From positions 305,476 to 369,475 of the IMG/VR virus record IMGVR_UViG_3300005529_000001: a stretch of 64,000 nt of DNA; one strand, written 5' to 3'. The translations under genes were made by a program, and so were the position numbers. Below, piece after piece: positions 28,254-36,345 of the stretch (position 1 is its first letter; each line of letters starts with the position of its first letter). Below the pieces are notes generated by a model. That model was not told the DNA's origin. It saw nothing but the letters and a program-made list of their open reading frames with translations, and did not search any database.

Positions 28254-28756
28254 TCAACTACCTTGTCGGAGACGCAACTGATCCACGGGTTACGGGCAAC
28301 AAGATCATCGCTCATGTCTGCAATGACATTGGTGGCTGGGGCAGAGGGTTCGTCTTGTCGGTGTCCAAGAAGTGGTCCGAGCCCGAAGCGGTTTACCGTC
28401 AAGGGAAAGACCTGACCTTGGGATCTGTCATGTTTGTCCCGGTATCCCACACCGATACAACCATCCAGGAGACGATCTACGTCGCAAACATGATTGGCCA
28501 GCGCGGTGTCATTGCAGCCGAAGACGGCACCCCACCCATCCGTTACGAAGCCATCGAAACGTGCTTGGGACGCGTCAGAGCGTTTGCGTTGCAGCTCGGT
28601 GGAGCAAGCGTCCACATGCCCCGGATCGGTTGCGGCCTGGCAGGAGGTAAATGGAGCAAGATGGAACCCATCATCGAGCGAGCGCTTGATGGCATCGACA
28701 CATACGTGTATGATTTTGACACGAAAGACTCCCGGACTGTTTCCTGGAACAAGTGA
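28250..28756 (+). CDS. macrodomain protein (ADP-ribose deconjugase-like)
   Basis: YLVGDAT, IIAHVCNDIGGWGRGF, VHMPRIGCGLAGGKW. Confidence 0.9.
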   Translation: MINYLVGDATDPRVTGNKIIAHVCNDIGGWGRGFVLSVSKKWSEPEAVYRQGKDLTLGSVMFVPVSHTDTTIQETIYVANMIGQRGVIAAEDGTPPIRYEAIETCLGRVRAFALQLGGASVHMPRIGCGLAGGKWSKMEPIIERALDGIDTYVYDFDTKDSRTVSWNK

Positions 28757-28787
28757 CACGGGATGAATAGAGTATGACCATGAGCAC

Positions 28788-28905
28788 CGAGAAACTCGTC
28801 CGAGTCCTCTGAATGCAAGGCGGTTGAACCGCGGACACGAGGACCTCCTCTGTTGAAACAACTCCGAATTTTCGTTGAGAGTTTCGACATTGTCAAGTAG
28901 AGGTT
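28788..28905 (+). ncRNA. candidate structured leader RNA
   Basis: Stems GTCCTC/GAGGAC (28804-09/28839-44) enclosing GCGGT/ACCGC, GTTGAAAC/GTTTCGAC (28852-59/28881-88), and CCTCT (28847-51) complementary to the RBS AGAGG (28899-903). Confidence 0.45.
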
Positions 28906-28909
28906 CATC

Positions 28910-29392
28910 ATGTCATATCACATCGGCCTGCGGGTGCTGCGGGCAAAAATCAGGGGCTTTCAGGCCGCTGGTAGCACCATCGCGTCACGCATCTCGAAGT
29001 CCGAGAAGGACCGCAAGAACCGTCTCTGGAACGAGAAGCGGCTCCTCGGCGTTCACTGTCGTGCTCACCTGGTTGCATATGGGCTGCTCCGTGGGGTACC
29101 GTATGACCAGATCGAGAAATGCGCACCAAACAACAAGCTAAACCCACAGCTCGTCCTCGACATCATGCTGGCTCACAACGGCTGGGACGCAAAACGAGGG
29201 TACGTCAAGTACGACCTAGCGGTGGTCGAAAAGCTGCTGGCTCCTGCTTCAAACGAGACTGGGAGCGTGCAGGAAAGCCCAACGGTTGTTGCTGCCCCAG
29301 CTGCCTCGCCGAACTCGGGCGTAGTCCACGTGGTCAAGAGCTTGCTAGGCTTGTCCGCGAGGTCTCAAACCGCCCCAAGAAGCGCCCAGTGA
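28910..29392 (+). CDS. hypothetical protein (basic N-terminal domain)
   Basis: RBS AGAGG; AHLVAYGLLRGVPY.QIE motif that I recall from genes next to phage Pth2-like genes. Confidence 0.7.
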   Translation: MSYHIGLRVLRAKIRGFQAAGSTIASRISKSEKDRKNRLWNEKRLLGVHCRAHLVAYGLLRGVPYDQIEKCAPNNKLNPQLVLDIMLAHNGWDAKRGYVKYDLAVVEKLLAPASNETGSVQESPTVVAAPAASPNSGVVHVVKSLLGLSARSQTAPRSAQ

Positions 29393-29400
29393 GACAGGCC

Positions 29401-29757
29401 ATGGCCACCATCAAAGAGGGTGACAAGCTTTACGTGGTGACCCGGAGAGACATCTCTCCAGGCTATCAGGGCGTCCAATCACAACATGCAGCCATCCAGT
29501 TTGCGTTTGACCATCCCGAACGTGGGACGGAGTGGTTCAAGAACTCGAACTACTTGGCATGGCTGTCGGTCGAGAATGAGGTTGAGCTGATGAAGCTCAT
29601 CACTGATGCTGCGGACGTCGGGCTCAAATGGTCAGCGTTCAGGGAGCCCGACGTGGGTGGCCAGATCACTGCGATCGCGCTCGAGCCCCACCCACGGACT
29701 GCCGCGCTGTGCAAAGCATTGCCGCTTGCGCTTAGAGAACTGGAACAGGTGAAGTGA
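29401..29757 (+). CDS. peptidyl-tRNA hydrolase 2 (Pth2)-like protein
   Basis: KLYVVTRRDI..G..GVQS.HAA, LSVENE.EL, FREPD..GQITAIALEP; start set at ATG 29401. Confidence 0.75.
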   Translation: MATIKEGDKLYVVTRRDISPGYQGVQSQHAAIQFAFDHPERGTEWFKNSNYLAWLSVENEVELMKLITDAADVGLKWSAFREPDVGGQITAIALEPHPRTAALCKALPLALRELEQVK

Positions 29758-29758
29758 C

Positions 29759-30118
29759 ATGGACCAAGCACTTAATACCATCGTCTATGACGATTTCGCC
29801 AGAGTTGACATGCGTGCGGGCCTCATCACAGCCGCAGAGGCTTTGCCAAAGTCAGAGTTGCTGAAGCTCCAGGTTGACTTCGGTGAGCTAGGAACTCGGC
29901 AGGTCCTTGCTCGTCTCGGCAAGAGCTACGAGCCAGCAACTCTTGTCAACCTCACCGCAGCGTTCGTCGTCAACTTGCCCCCACGTACCATGAAGGATCT
30001 TGAGAGTAACGGCATGATCCTTGCGGCAGAAGTCAAGGATTCTGATGTTCCTGCTCCACACCGCGTTGCCGTGGTGTTGCTCCCCGGGACAGTCCGACCA
30101 GGAACGAGGTTGGGATGA
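29759..30118 (+). CDS. stand-alone tRNA-binding OB-fold protein (CsaA/Trbp111/MetRS C-terminal-like)
   Basis: YDDFARVDMRAG.I..AE....S.LLKLQVDFG..G.RQV, VVNLPPR.M...ESNGMILAA. Confidence 0.9.
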   Translation: MDQALNTIVYDDFARVDMRAGLITAAEALPKSELLKLQVDFGELGTRQVLARLGKSYEPATLVNLTAAFVVNLPPRTMKDLESNGMILAAEVKDSDVPAPHRVAVVLLPGTVRPGTRLG

Positions 30119-30741
30119 CAGAGAACCGCGCGACGTTCTTCGCTAGGTTGGAACCTGTGTTGGCTCCGAGCGACCTGCTCGATGTCCAACTCGCTTACAC
30201 CCTGGCGAAATTCGGCCATCGGGCTCAGGCTCGCAAGGAGCTGGGGCCTGCAGGCAAAGCAGTGCGTTATTTCGAGCACTGCCGTCGTGTCGCGCTCATC
30301 CTCATTGATGAGGTCAAGATCGTCGAACCTGGGCTTGTCATCACCGCCCTTCTACATGATTGTCCGGAAGACACTAAGGATGTCAATCCCGCCATCATTG
30401 AGCACTGCTTTGGGCACAAGGTCGTCACCAGTGTCAAGGTCCTGAGCAAGACGCCCAAGGAAGGCTACAACGAGCGATTTTGGGCTTGTTCGCTTTGGCA
30501 GCCCTACATCATCAAGGGATGTGATAGGCTTGACAACCTGAGGTCACTGTACTGCTGCCCGGATGACTTCCGAGCCAAACAGGTGGCTGAGACACGGGAG
30601 AAGTACTTCCCGCTGTTCGACCGGATGATGCACCTGGTCCCCATCAAACACCGCGAACGAGCGGCATGGCTTCGCGACGCGGTGCGTCGCGAGACCGAAC
30701 GCCAAGCAACGTTACTGGAGGCGTCACATGAAGAAGTCTGA
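30115..30741 (+). CDS. HD-domain small alarmone hydrolase ((p)ppGpp hydrolase, RelA/SpoT HD or Mesh1-like)
   Basis: H..Q.RK....YFEH...VA, ALLHDCPEDT, FG..V...V..LSK, IKGCDRLDNLRSL. Confidence 0.85.
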   Translation: MTENRATFFARLEPVLAPSDLLDVQLAYTLAKFGHRAQARKELGPAGKAVRYFEHCRRVALILIDEVKIVEPGLVITALLHDCPEDTKDVNPAIIEHCFGHKVVTSVKVLSKTPKEGYNERFWACSLWQPYIIKGCDRLDNLRSLYCCPDDFRAKQVAETREKYFPLFDRMMHLVPIKHRERAAWLRDAVRRETERQATLLEASHEEV

Positions 30742-31156
30742 GCTGGAACACTTCATCACCCTGACCCTGGGTGACTGGTCACATGACGGTCACAGCCAGA
30801 CTGACGTCATCACCGTCAGGTGTAACGTCGACAAGAAGGACCTCGAGAAAGCATATAAAAAGGGCACCAAGAAATTAGGTTTCGATCTCACCGAAGATGT
30901 CTGCGCCGACTACGAAGACATGTCGGCATCAGCCGACGTCATCGAAAAGCTCAAAACTGCTGGTATCAAGCCCGAAGATTTCATCGAGAACGAAGATGAA
31001 GATGACGAGGGATGGTCATTCGCCTACAATGTCGAAGCCTTCGCCAGTCTCTGGCTGCGTATCGCTCAGTTGGGCGATCCCGATCTCAAGTACGAGCTCG
31101 TCGAAACCAACCCGAACAATATTAACATCGGAGGTTACGGCCTATTTGGATCTTGA
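30728..31156 (+). CDS. conserved phage hypothetical protein
   Basis: LGDWSHDGH ... NIGGYGLF; acidic. Confidence 0.7.
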   Translation: MKKSELEHFITLTLGDWSHDGHSQTDVITVRCNVDKKDLEKAYKKGTKKLGFDLTEDVCADYEDMSASADVIEKLKTAGIKPEDFIENEDEDDEGWSFAYNVEAFASLWLRIAQLGDPDLKYELVETNPNNINIGGYGLFGS

Positions 31157-31163
31157 ACATAAC

Positions 31164-31236
31164 GGGTCCGTAGCTCAATGGCAGAGCAGCTCGATTTCAA
31201 CCGAGTGTGTTGCGGGTTCAAGTCCCGTCGGGCCCC
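31164..31236 (+). tRNA. atypical tRNA with 8-nt anticodon loop AUUUCAAC (UCA or UUCA anticodon possible)
   Basis: GGGTCCG/CGGGCCC acceptor, GCTC/GAGC D-stem, GCTCG/CGAGT anticodon stem, 5-nt variable loop, GCGGG-TTCAAGT-CCCGT T-arm. Confidence 0.85.
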
Positions 31237-31242
31237 CAAAAA

Positions 31243-31316
31243 GCTCCCGTAGCTCAGAGGCAGAGCAGCCGGATTTCAACCCGATGCGGTCGTGGGTTCG
31301 ATCCCCACCAGGAGCG
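31243..31316 (+). tRNA. second atypical tRNA with the same 8-nt anticodon loop AUUUCAAC
   Basis: GCTCCCG/CAGGAGC acceptor (one mismatch), G73, GCTC/GAGC D-stem, GCCGG/CCGAT stem (one mismatch), GTGGG-TTCGATC-CCCAC T-arm. Confidence 0.8.
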
Positions 31317-31319
31317 CAA

Positions 31320-31544
31320 ATGAGGATCAGGGGACCACAACCCGGAAAACAAGTCATTCGCTGTAGCGGTTGTGATCGTGAATGTGATGCAGTTGATCTC
31401 ATCGTGTTTGGGATCGATGACGTTGGTTTTCCGCCATTTGGTGGCATGTACTGTTCTGGGAAGTGCATGCCACCGCCACCCCGTCCCAAAAACCTCTGGC
31501 AACGCATACGCGCTGAGTTGGGACTTGGATACATCACCAAATGA
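31320..31544 (+). CDS. small Cys-rich hypothetical protein (74 aa)
   Basis: ATG 31320 right after the second tRNA; CSGC...YCSGKC. Confidence 0.55.
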   Translation: MRIRGPQPGKQVIRCSGCDRECDAVDLIVFGIDDVGFPPFGGMYCSGKCMPPPPRPKNLWQRIRAELGLGYITK

Positions 31545-31577
31545 ACATTCGCGTAGATCGAAGATACGATCTGCGCA

Positions 31578-32426
31578 ATGCCCCGTGAAGCACTAACTCC
31601 CGAGCAAGAGGCTGAACAAGCAAAGTACGAGAAGCTGCCAACCGGGAAACCGCATGTCAGCTTCTCTGAGCTCCGTGACTGGAGCGAGTGCTCGTACCGT
31701 CACCTTCTGAAGTACGTAAAGAAGATCAATGCAGATATGCCTGGAATCCACATGGATTTTGGGACTGCAATCCATGCAGCTTGCGAGAACTACCTAAAAA
31801 CGCGGGTGATGGACAAGAAGATCTTTCTTAATACGCTGAAGAAGCTGTGGGAAGCCAACGGGCCAAAGCTACCCGAAGAGTACACTGTCAAACAGTTCCA
31901 GGAGTTTGGTAAGCAAGGGATCAGCATCCTGGGTGACGTGCCCAAGTGGCTGGACGAGCAATTCCCGGGATGGGAATATGTGGACGCTGAACATGCCCTT
32001 TATGAGCCCGTTGAGGGAAGCTCACATGCCTTTAAGGGCTACATCGATGCCATCATACGAGCGCCTGGCCCCAAGGGCAAGATATTGGTATGGCTCCTTG
32101 ATTGGAAGACAACGTCGTGGGGCTGGTCCACCTACAAGAAAAGTGATGAGCTTGTCAGGTCACAGCTTGTTCTATACAAGAACTTCTGGTCCATCAAAAC
32201 AGGTCACAACGTCAAGGACGTACGTTGTGGCTTTGTCCTCCTGAAGCGGACGGGTAAACCGGGCAAGCACTGTGAGCTGGTTACCACATCAGTTGGTGAA
32301 ATCACGACTGGAAAGTCGCTGAAGGTTGTCAACAACATGATCACGAGCGTCAAGCGTGGGATCGCGCTCAAAAACAGAAACAGCTGCCAGTTCTGTGACT
32401 TCTATAACACCCCTCACTGCACATGA
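31578..32426 (+). CDS. Cas4/RecB-like PD-(D/E)XK exonuclease with Fe-S ligands
   Basis: SFSEL....C.YR, FGTAIH, KGYIDA, LLDWKT, QL.LY, CQFCDF...C. Confidence 0.88.
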   Translation: MPREALTPEQEAEQAKYEKLPTGKPHVSFSELRDWSECSYRHLLKYVKKINADMPGIHMDFGTAIHAACENYLKTRVMDKKIFLNTLKKLWEANGPKLPEEYTVKQFQEFGKQGISILGDVPKWLDEQFPGWEYVDAEHALYEPVEGSSHAFKGYIDAIIRAPGPKGKILVWLLDWKTTSWGWSTYKKSDELVRSQLVLYKNFWSIKTGHNVKDVRCGFVLLKRTGKPGKHCELVTTSVGEITTGKSLKVVNNMITSVKRGIALKNRNSCQFCDFYNTPHCT

Positions 32427-32477
32427 AGTGCAGAACACTGTTACAGTTGGTCGTCCGGTGGATAGGATGGAACCACG

Positions 32478-33797
32478 ATGACGGAACTGTCCCAATCGAC
32501 TGTCAACTTCTCAACTGTCCCCCCTGAGATCGCTAAGATCCCAACGATGGCACCCAAAAAGAAGGTGTTGATGTTGAGCGATCATCCTCTCTCAACGAGC
32601 GGTGTTGGCGTGCAAGCCCGGTACCTGATCACGGGTCTCCTTCAGACGGGCAAGTACACGTTCCGTTGCTTTGGTGGCGCTGTCAAGCACGATAACTACA
32701 ACACCATCAAAGTCAACGATGATTTCATCGTCAAACCGACCAACGGCTTCGGGGACAAGAATCTGTTGCGGATGACGCTAGCCGTCGAGAAGCCTGACAT
32801 CCTGCTCCTGTTCACTGATCCAAGGTTCTTCATCTGGGTCTGGGAGATGGAGGACGAGATTCACCAGATCTGCCCGATCGCCTACAATCACCTGTGGGAC
32901 AACCCTCCCTGGCCCGAGTTCAACCGGGTGCTGTACGAGTCAACTGATCTGATCAACTGCATCAACTATCCCACTTACGAAATGGTTCACAAGCGGTTCC
33001 CAGAGAAAACGAACTACATCCCCCATGCCGTTCCCAAAGAAGTCTTTCACCCACTGCCAGCCTCTGAACGAGCTAGGCTGAAAACGATGATCATCGGCAA
33101 TGAACGTGCCGATCACTTTGTGGCTCTTTACGTGTCACGAAATGCCAGGAGAAAGATGCCGAGTGACATCATCCTGTCATTCAAGCAGTTTCTGGATGAG
33201 ATGGAAAAGAAGCATGGCCATCGTAAGGGTACCCTAATCTTGCACACCGATCCGATGGACCCTGAGGGACCCAACCTTCACCATGTCATTGACATGTTTC
33301 ACTTGAAGAACAACGTTGTCTTTTCAAAGGACCGCATTGGATTTGAGCAGATGAACGCTCTGTACAACATCGGTGACTGTGTTGTGAACCGGTCGTGCAA
33401 CGAGGGGTTTGGGTTGCCCACGTTGGAGATGATGATGTGTGGAAAGCCCATCATTGCTATCAAGACAGGTGGTTTGACTCGACAGGTTGAGAACCACGAG
33501 ACGGGCGAACAGTACGGGATTGGCATGGACCCCGATGTCAGGACGTTGGTTGGAAACCAGCTTGTTCCTTACATCTATGAAGACTTCGTGTCACATGAAA
33601 AACTGAGTGCCGCGTTTACAAAGCTGTATGAGATGGGCGAAGAAGAGCGTCTCCGTCTTGGCGAGAGAGCTCGCCAGCACGCCCTCAAAGATTATGACAT
33701 CCAGAACATGGTCAATGATTGGGATAGGACGTTGACGGGCCTGACCGACAGCTGGAACAAGACAAAGCTCACGCGGTGGGAAAAGGTGGAGATCTGA
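32478..33797 (+). CDS. GT4 glycosyltransferase
   Basis: LMLSDHP...SGVG, YIPHAV, SRNARRKMP, NEGFGLPTLEMMMCGKPII. Confidence 0.92.
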   Translation: MTELSQSTVNFSTVPPEIAKIPTMAPKKKVLMLSDHPLSTSGVGVQARYLITGLLQTGKYTFRCFGGAVKHDNYNTIKVNDDFIVKPTNGFGDKNLLRMTLAVEKPDILLLFTDPRFFIWVWEMEDEIHQICPIAYNHLWDNPPWPEFNRVLYESTDLINCINYPTYEMVHKRFPEKTNYIPHAVPKEVFHPLPASERARLKTMIIGNERADHFVALYVSRNARRKMPSDIILSFKQFLDEMEKKHGHRKGTLILHTDPMDPEGPNLHHVIDMFHLKNNVVFSKDRIGFEQMNALYNIGDCVVNRSCNEGFGLPTLEMMMCGKPIIAIKTGGLTRQVENHETGEQYGIGMDPDVRTLVGNQLVPYIYEDFVSHEKLSAAFTKLYEMGEEERLRLGERARQHALKDYDIQNMVNDWDRTLTGLTDSWNKTKLTRWEKVEI

Positions 33798-34954
33798 TGA
33801 AGACCGTCGTATTGCGAGCCCCGTCACTGACACAGTCTGGCTACGGTGTCCATGCAAGGCAGCTAGCGAGGTGGTTGTTGTCGAAGCCCAACCTTGACGT
33901 AAGGTTCGCGACGTTGCCCTGGGGAGAGACGCCCTGGTTACTGAACCAAGAAGCACACGATGGCTTGGTCGGTGAGATCATGAAACGAAGTGTCAAGCCC
34001 GATCACAGAGCTGATGTTTCGGTGCAATTACAGCTACCCAACGAGTGGGACCCGTCAGTTGCGCCCGTGAACATCGGCATCACAGCGGGTGTCGAGACTG
34101 ATAAGTGTCACCCATCATGGCCAGCGGCATGTAACAAGATGACAACAGTTGTCGTCCCGAGCCAGCACACCAAGCTGTGTTTGACCAACTCAGGTCCCAT
34201 CACGGTGCCACTTCATGTCATTCCTGAGGCGTACTCAGACGCATGCCGCGAGAAAGACCTGCCTCAAGTCGTTGACTTTGACACGTCGTTCAACTTTCTG
34301 GTCTTTGGCCAGTTGACGGGCAACAACCCAGAAAACGATCGGAAGAACATCTTCTACACCATCAAGTGGTTGACTGAAGTCTTCAAAGACGATCCAGACG
34401 TTGGTATTGTCCTGAAGACCAACGTGGGTCGTAACAGCAGGATCGACAGGAATGTTACAAAAGGATTGTTGACGACTGTCGCTCAAGAAAGCCGAAGGGG
34501 CGGGACAGGACCAAAGATTCACCTGTTACATGGTGACCTTGATGATGTTGAAATCGCAAGCCTGTACCGTCACCCGAAGATCAAAGCGCTTGTCGCTCTG
34601 ACACGCGGCGAGGGATTTGGGCTACCGATCCTCGAGGCTGCAGCGAGCGGGTTGCCGATCATCGCCACGGGATGGTCAGGCCATCTGGACTTTCTGAGGC
34701 ACGGAAAGTACATCAGCATCTACTACCAGTTGGGCGAAGTCCATCCGTCTAGGATCGACAGCAAGATCTTTGTTCCTGGCTCACGTTGGGCTAACCCAAG
34801 CGAAGAAGACTTCAAAAAGCGCGTCGCCAAGTTCCGAGCAAGTAACCACACTCCGAAACAGTGGGCTGAAGAGCTAAAACCAACGATCCAAGAACAGTAC
34901 AGTCTCGATGCAATTTGCAAACGATATGATGAGCTCTTGGGGGAGTGTTTCTGA
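33797..34954 (+). CDS. GT4 glycosyltransferase
   Basis: LTQSGYGVHAR, VVVPSQH, DRKNI, RGEGFGLPILEAAASGLPIIATGWSGHLDFL; TGATG overlap. Confidence 0.92.
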   Translation: MKTVVLRAPSLTQSGYGVHARQLARWLLSKPNLDVRFATLPWGETPWLLNQEAHDGLVGEIMKRSVKPDHRADVSVQLQLPNEWDPSVAPVNIGITAGVETDKCHPSWPAACNKMTTVVVPSQHTKLCLTNSGPITVPLHVIPEAYSDACREKDLPQVVDFDTSFNFLVFGQLTGNNPENDRKNIFYTIKWLTEVFKDDPDVGIVLKTNVGRNSRIDRNVTKGLLTTVAQESRRGGTGPKIHLLHGDLDDVEIASLYRHPKIKALVALTRGEGFGLPILEAAASGLPIIATGWSGHLDFLRHGKYISIYYQLGEVHPSRIDSKIFVPGSRWANPSEEDFKKRVAKFRASNHTPKQWAEELKPTIQEQYSLDAICKRYDELLGECF

Positions 34955-35268
34955 TGCTGTGGGCGTGGGCCATCATAACGACATTGCTATTGGGAGCCGC
35001 TGTCTGGTACGGCGTCTTTGTCACGCGTAAGAACCTAGAGCTGAACGACCAGCGTGAGAACCTAGTCGATCAGATCGAAGAAAGCCTTGATGTGCTAGAC
35101 CAGTGTTATTCGCGTTTAGCACACCATGCAGACATCCCGGTCCTCAGCGATGAACCGATTATCCAGGAGCTTGTTTCTGACATGAAGCGCGCACGTAACG
35201 CTGTTTTGAAAGTCGCAAGCCTGATTGTCACCTATGGCGGCGAAGAAAGAGATGAGGCCGAGACATGA
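34945..35268 (+). CDS. membrane-anchored coiled-coil hypothetical protein
   Basis: N-terminal hydrophobic helix followed by a heptad region. Confidence 0.65.
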   Translation: MFLMLWAWAIITTLLLGAAVWYGVFVTRKNLELNDQRENLVDQIEESLDVLDQCYSRLAHHADIPVLSDEPIIQELVSDMKRARNAVLKVASLIVTYGGEERDEAET

Positions 35269-36185
35269 AAGCCGTCGCCAAGCCCAAGGCAAAAGCCGTC
35301 AAGAAAGACAAATCCCAAAAAGCGTCTAAGCCCAAGATGCCCAAGGCAGCGAAGAAAGTCAGAGAACCCGAGATTGTTGAGCAGTCAGTGACCGCAAAGC
35401 TGCCCGTCGTTCCTGAGATCCAACCTACAGCCGAAGAACTGAAACAGAAAGAGCTGACCGCGGAAGAAAAAGCCGCGGCGGCCAAAGCTGCAAAGCAAGC
35501 CCGGATGTACTTCAACCAGAACACTCAGGCATGCATTGTCGCTTACCAACAGGCAAAGGAAAACAAGAAAGAACGTGACAGGCTCTATGTCACGGGCATC
35601 ATGCCCGCTTTCGAGAAGCTGGTTGAGAACCTAATCAACATCCACAAGTTCACCAGCCTTCATGACACGTATGACGACCTGAAAAATGACTGCGTCAACT
35701 TCTTGTTCGAGACGATCGGCAAGTTTGATTCCACACGTGGGACAAACGCTTTCTCGTATTTCAATGTCGTTGCAAAAAACTGGCTCATCATCCGCACCAA
35801 GCAGAAGAGCCAACGCATCCGTCGTAGCGTCAGCCTGGATGATCCTGAGGCTCTGTCAGTCAACGAACAACGCATCGTCGAAGACCACGCCACGATTCCG
35901 AGCCAGGACGTCCTTTTAGAAAAAGAATCAAGTGCCAAGGCGGTCGTGAACATGCTGTACGAGATCCGTAGCAAGGTCAAGACTGAAAACGAGCTTGCAT
36001 GCATCAACAGCATCATCACTATCTTTGAGAACATCGATGACATCGATCTCCTTAACAAGAGCGCGATCTTGCTCTACATGCGAGAGCTCAGTGGCCTGAG
36101 CCCGAAGCAACTCACGACGACAATGCAAAGCGTAAAGAAACATTACAGGCGAATGAAGATCGACCCGAAGTTTCGGTTGTTCTGA
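35265..36185 (+). CDS. T4 gp55-like late-transcription sigma factor with Lys/Ala-rich N-terminal extension
   Basis: MYF......I..Y...DDLKNDCV.FLFETIGKFDSTRGTNAFSYFNVVAKNWL resembles sigma region 2 of gp55-type factors; lies just upstream of the baseplate genes. Confidence 0.65.
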   Translation: MKAVAKPKAKAVKKDKSQKASKPKMPKAAKKVREPEIVEQSVTAKLPVVPEIQPTAEELKQKELTAEEKAAAAKAAKQARMYFNQNTQACIVAYQQAKENKKERDRLYVTGIMPAFEKLVENLINIHKFTSLHDTYDDLKNDCVNFLFETIGKFDSTRGTNAFSYFNVVAKNWLIIRTKQKSQRIRRSVSLDDPEALSVNEQRIVEDHATIPSQDVLLEKESSAKAVVNMLYEIRSKVKTENELACINSIITIFENIDDIDLLNKSAILLYMRELSGLSPKQLTTTMQSVKKHYRRMKIDPKFRLF

Positions 36186-36292
36186 TGTACATTGTCTACT
36201 ATCATACCAATCGAAACAACGGCAAACGTTACGTTGGATGGGCCATCATTGGTGTGAATCAGACATATCATGAAGCTGATCCAAGCAGATAA
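36185..36292 (+). pseudogene. GIY-YIG endonuclease N-terminal remnant (35 aa)
   Basis: Hand translation MYIVYYHTNRNNGKRYVGW...DPSR*; starts in a TGATG overlap and stops early. Confidence 0.55.
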
Positions 36293-36345
36293 GCTCATCA
36301 TCGCCAAGTGGGAGAACCGAGAGACCATCACAAAGTTACCTGGTT

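Noticed and set aside
31164-31316. Selenocysteine tRNA interpretation
   Set aside because: No long variable arm, ordinary 7/5 acceptor/T stems, and no sel genes in the window.
30897-31319. N-terminal part of the 215-aa ORF 30897-31544 and the minus-strand ORFs over the tRNAs
   Set aside because: They overlap a real CDS and two tRNA genes; only the part from ATG 31320 is plausible.
31578-32426. Cas4-like gene as part of a CRISPR-Cas system
   Set aside because: No repeat-spacer array or other cas gene was seen; solo Cas4-like exonucleases are common in phages.
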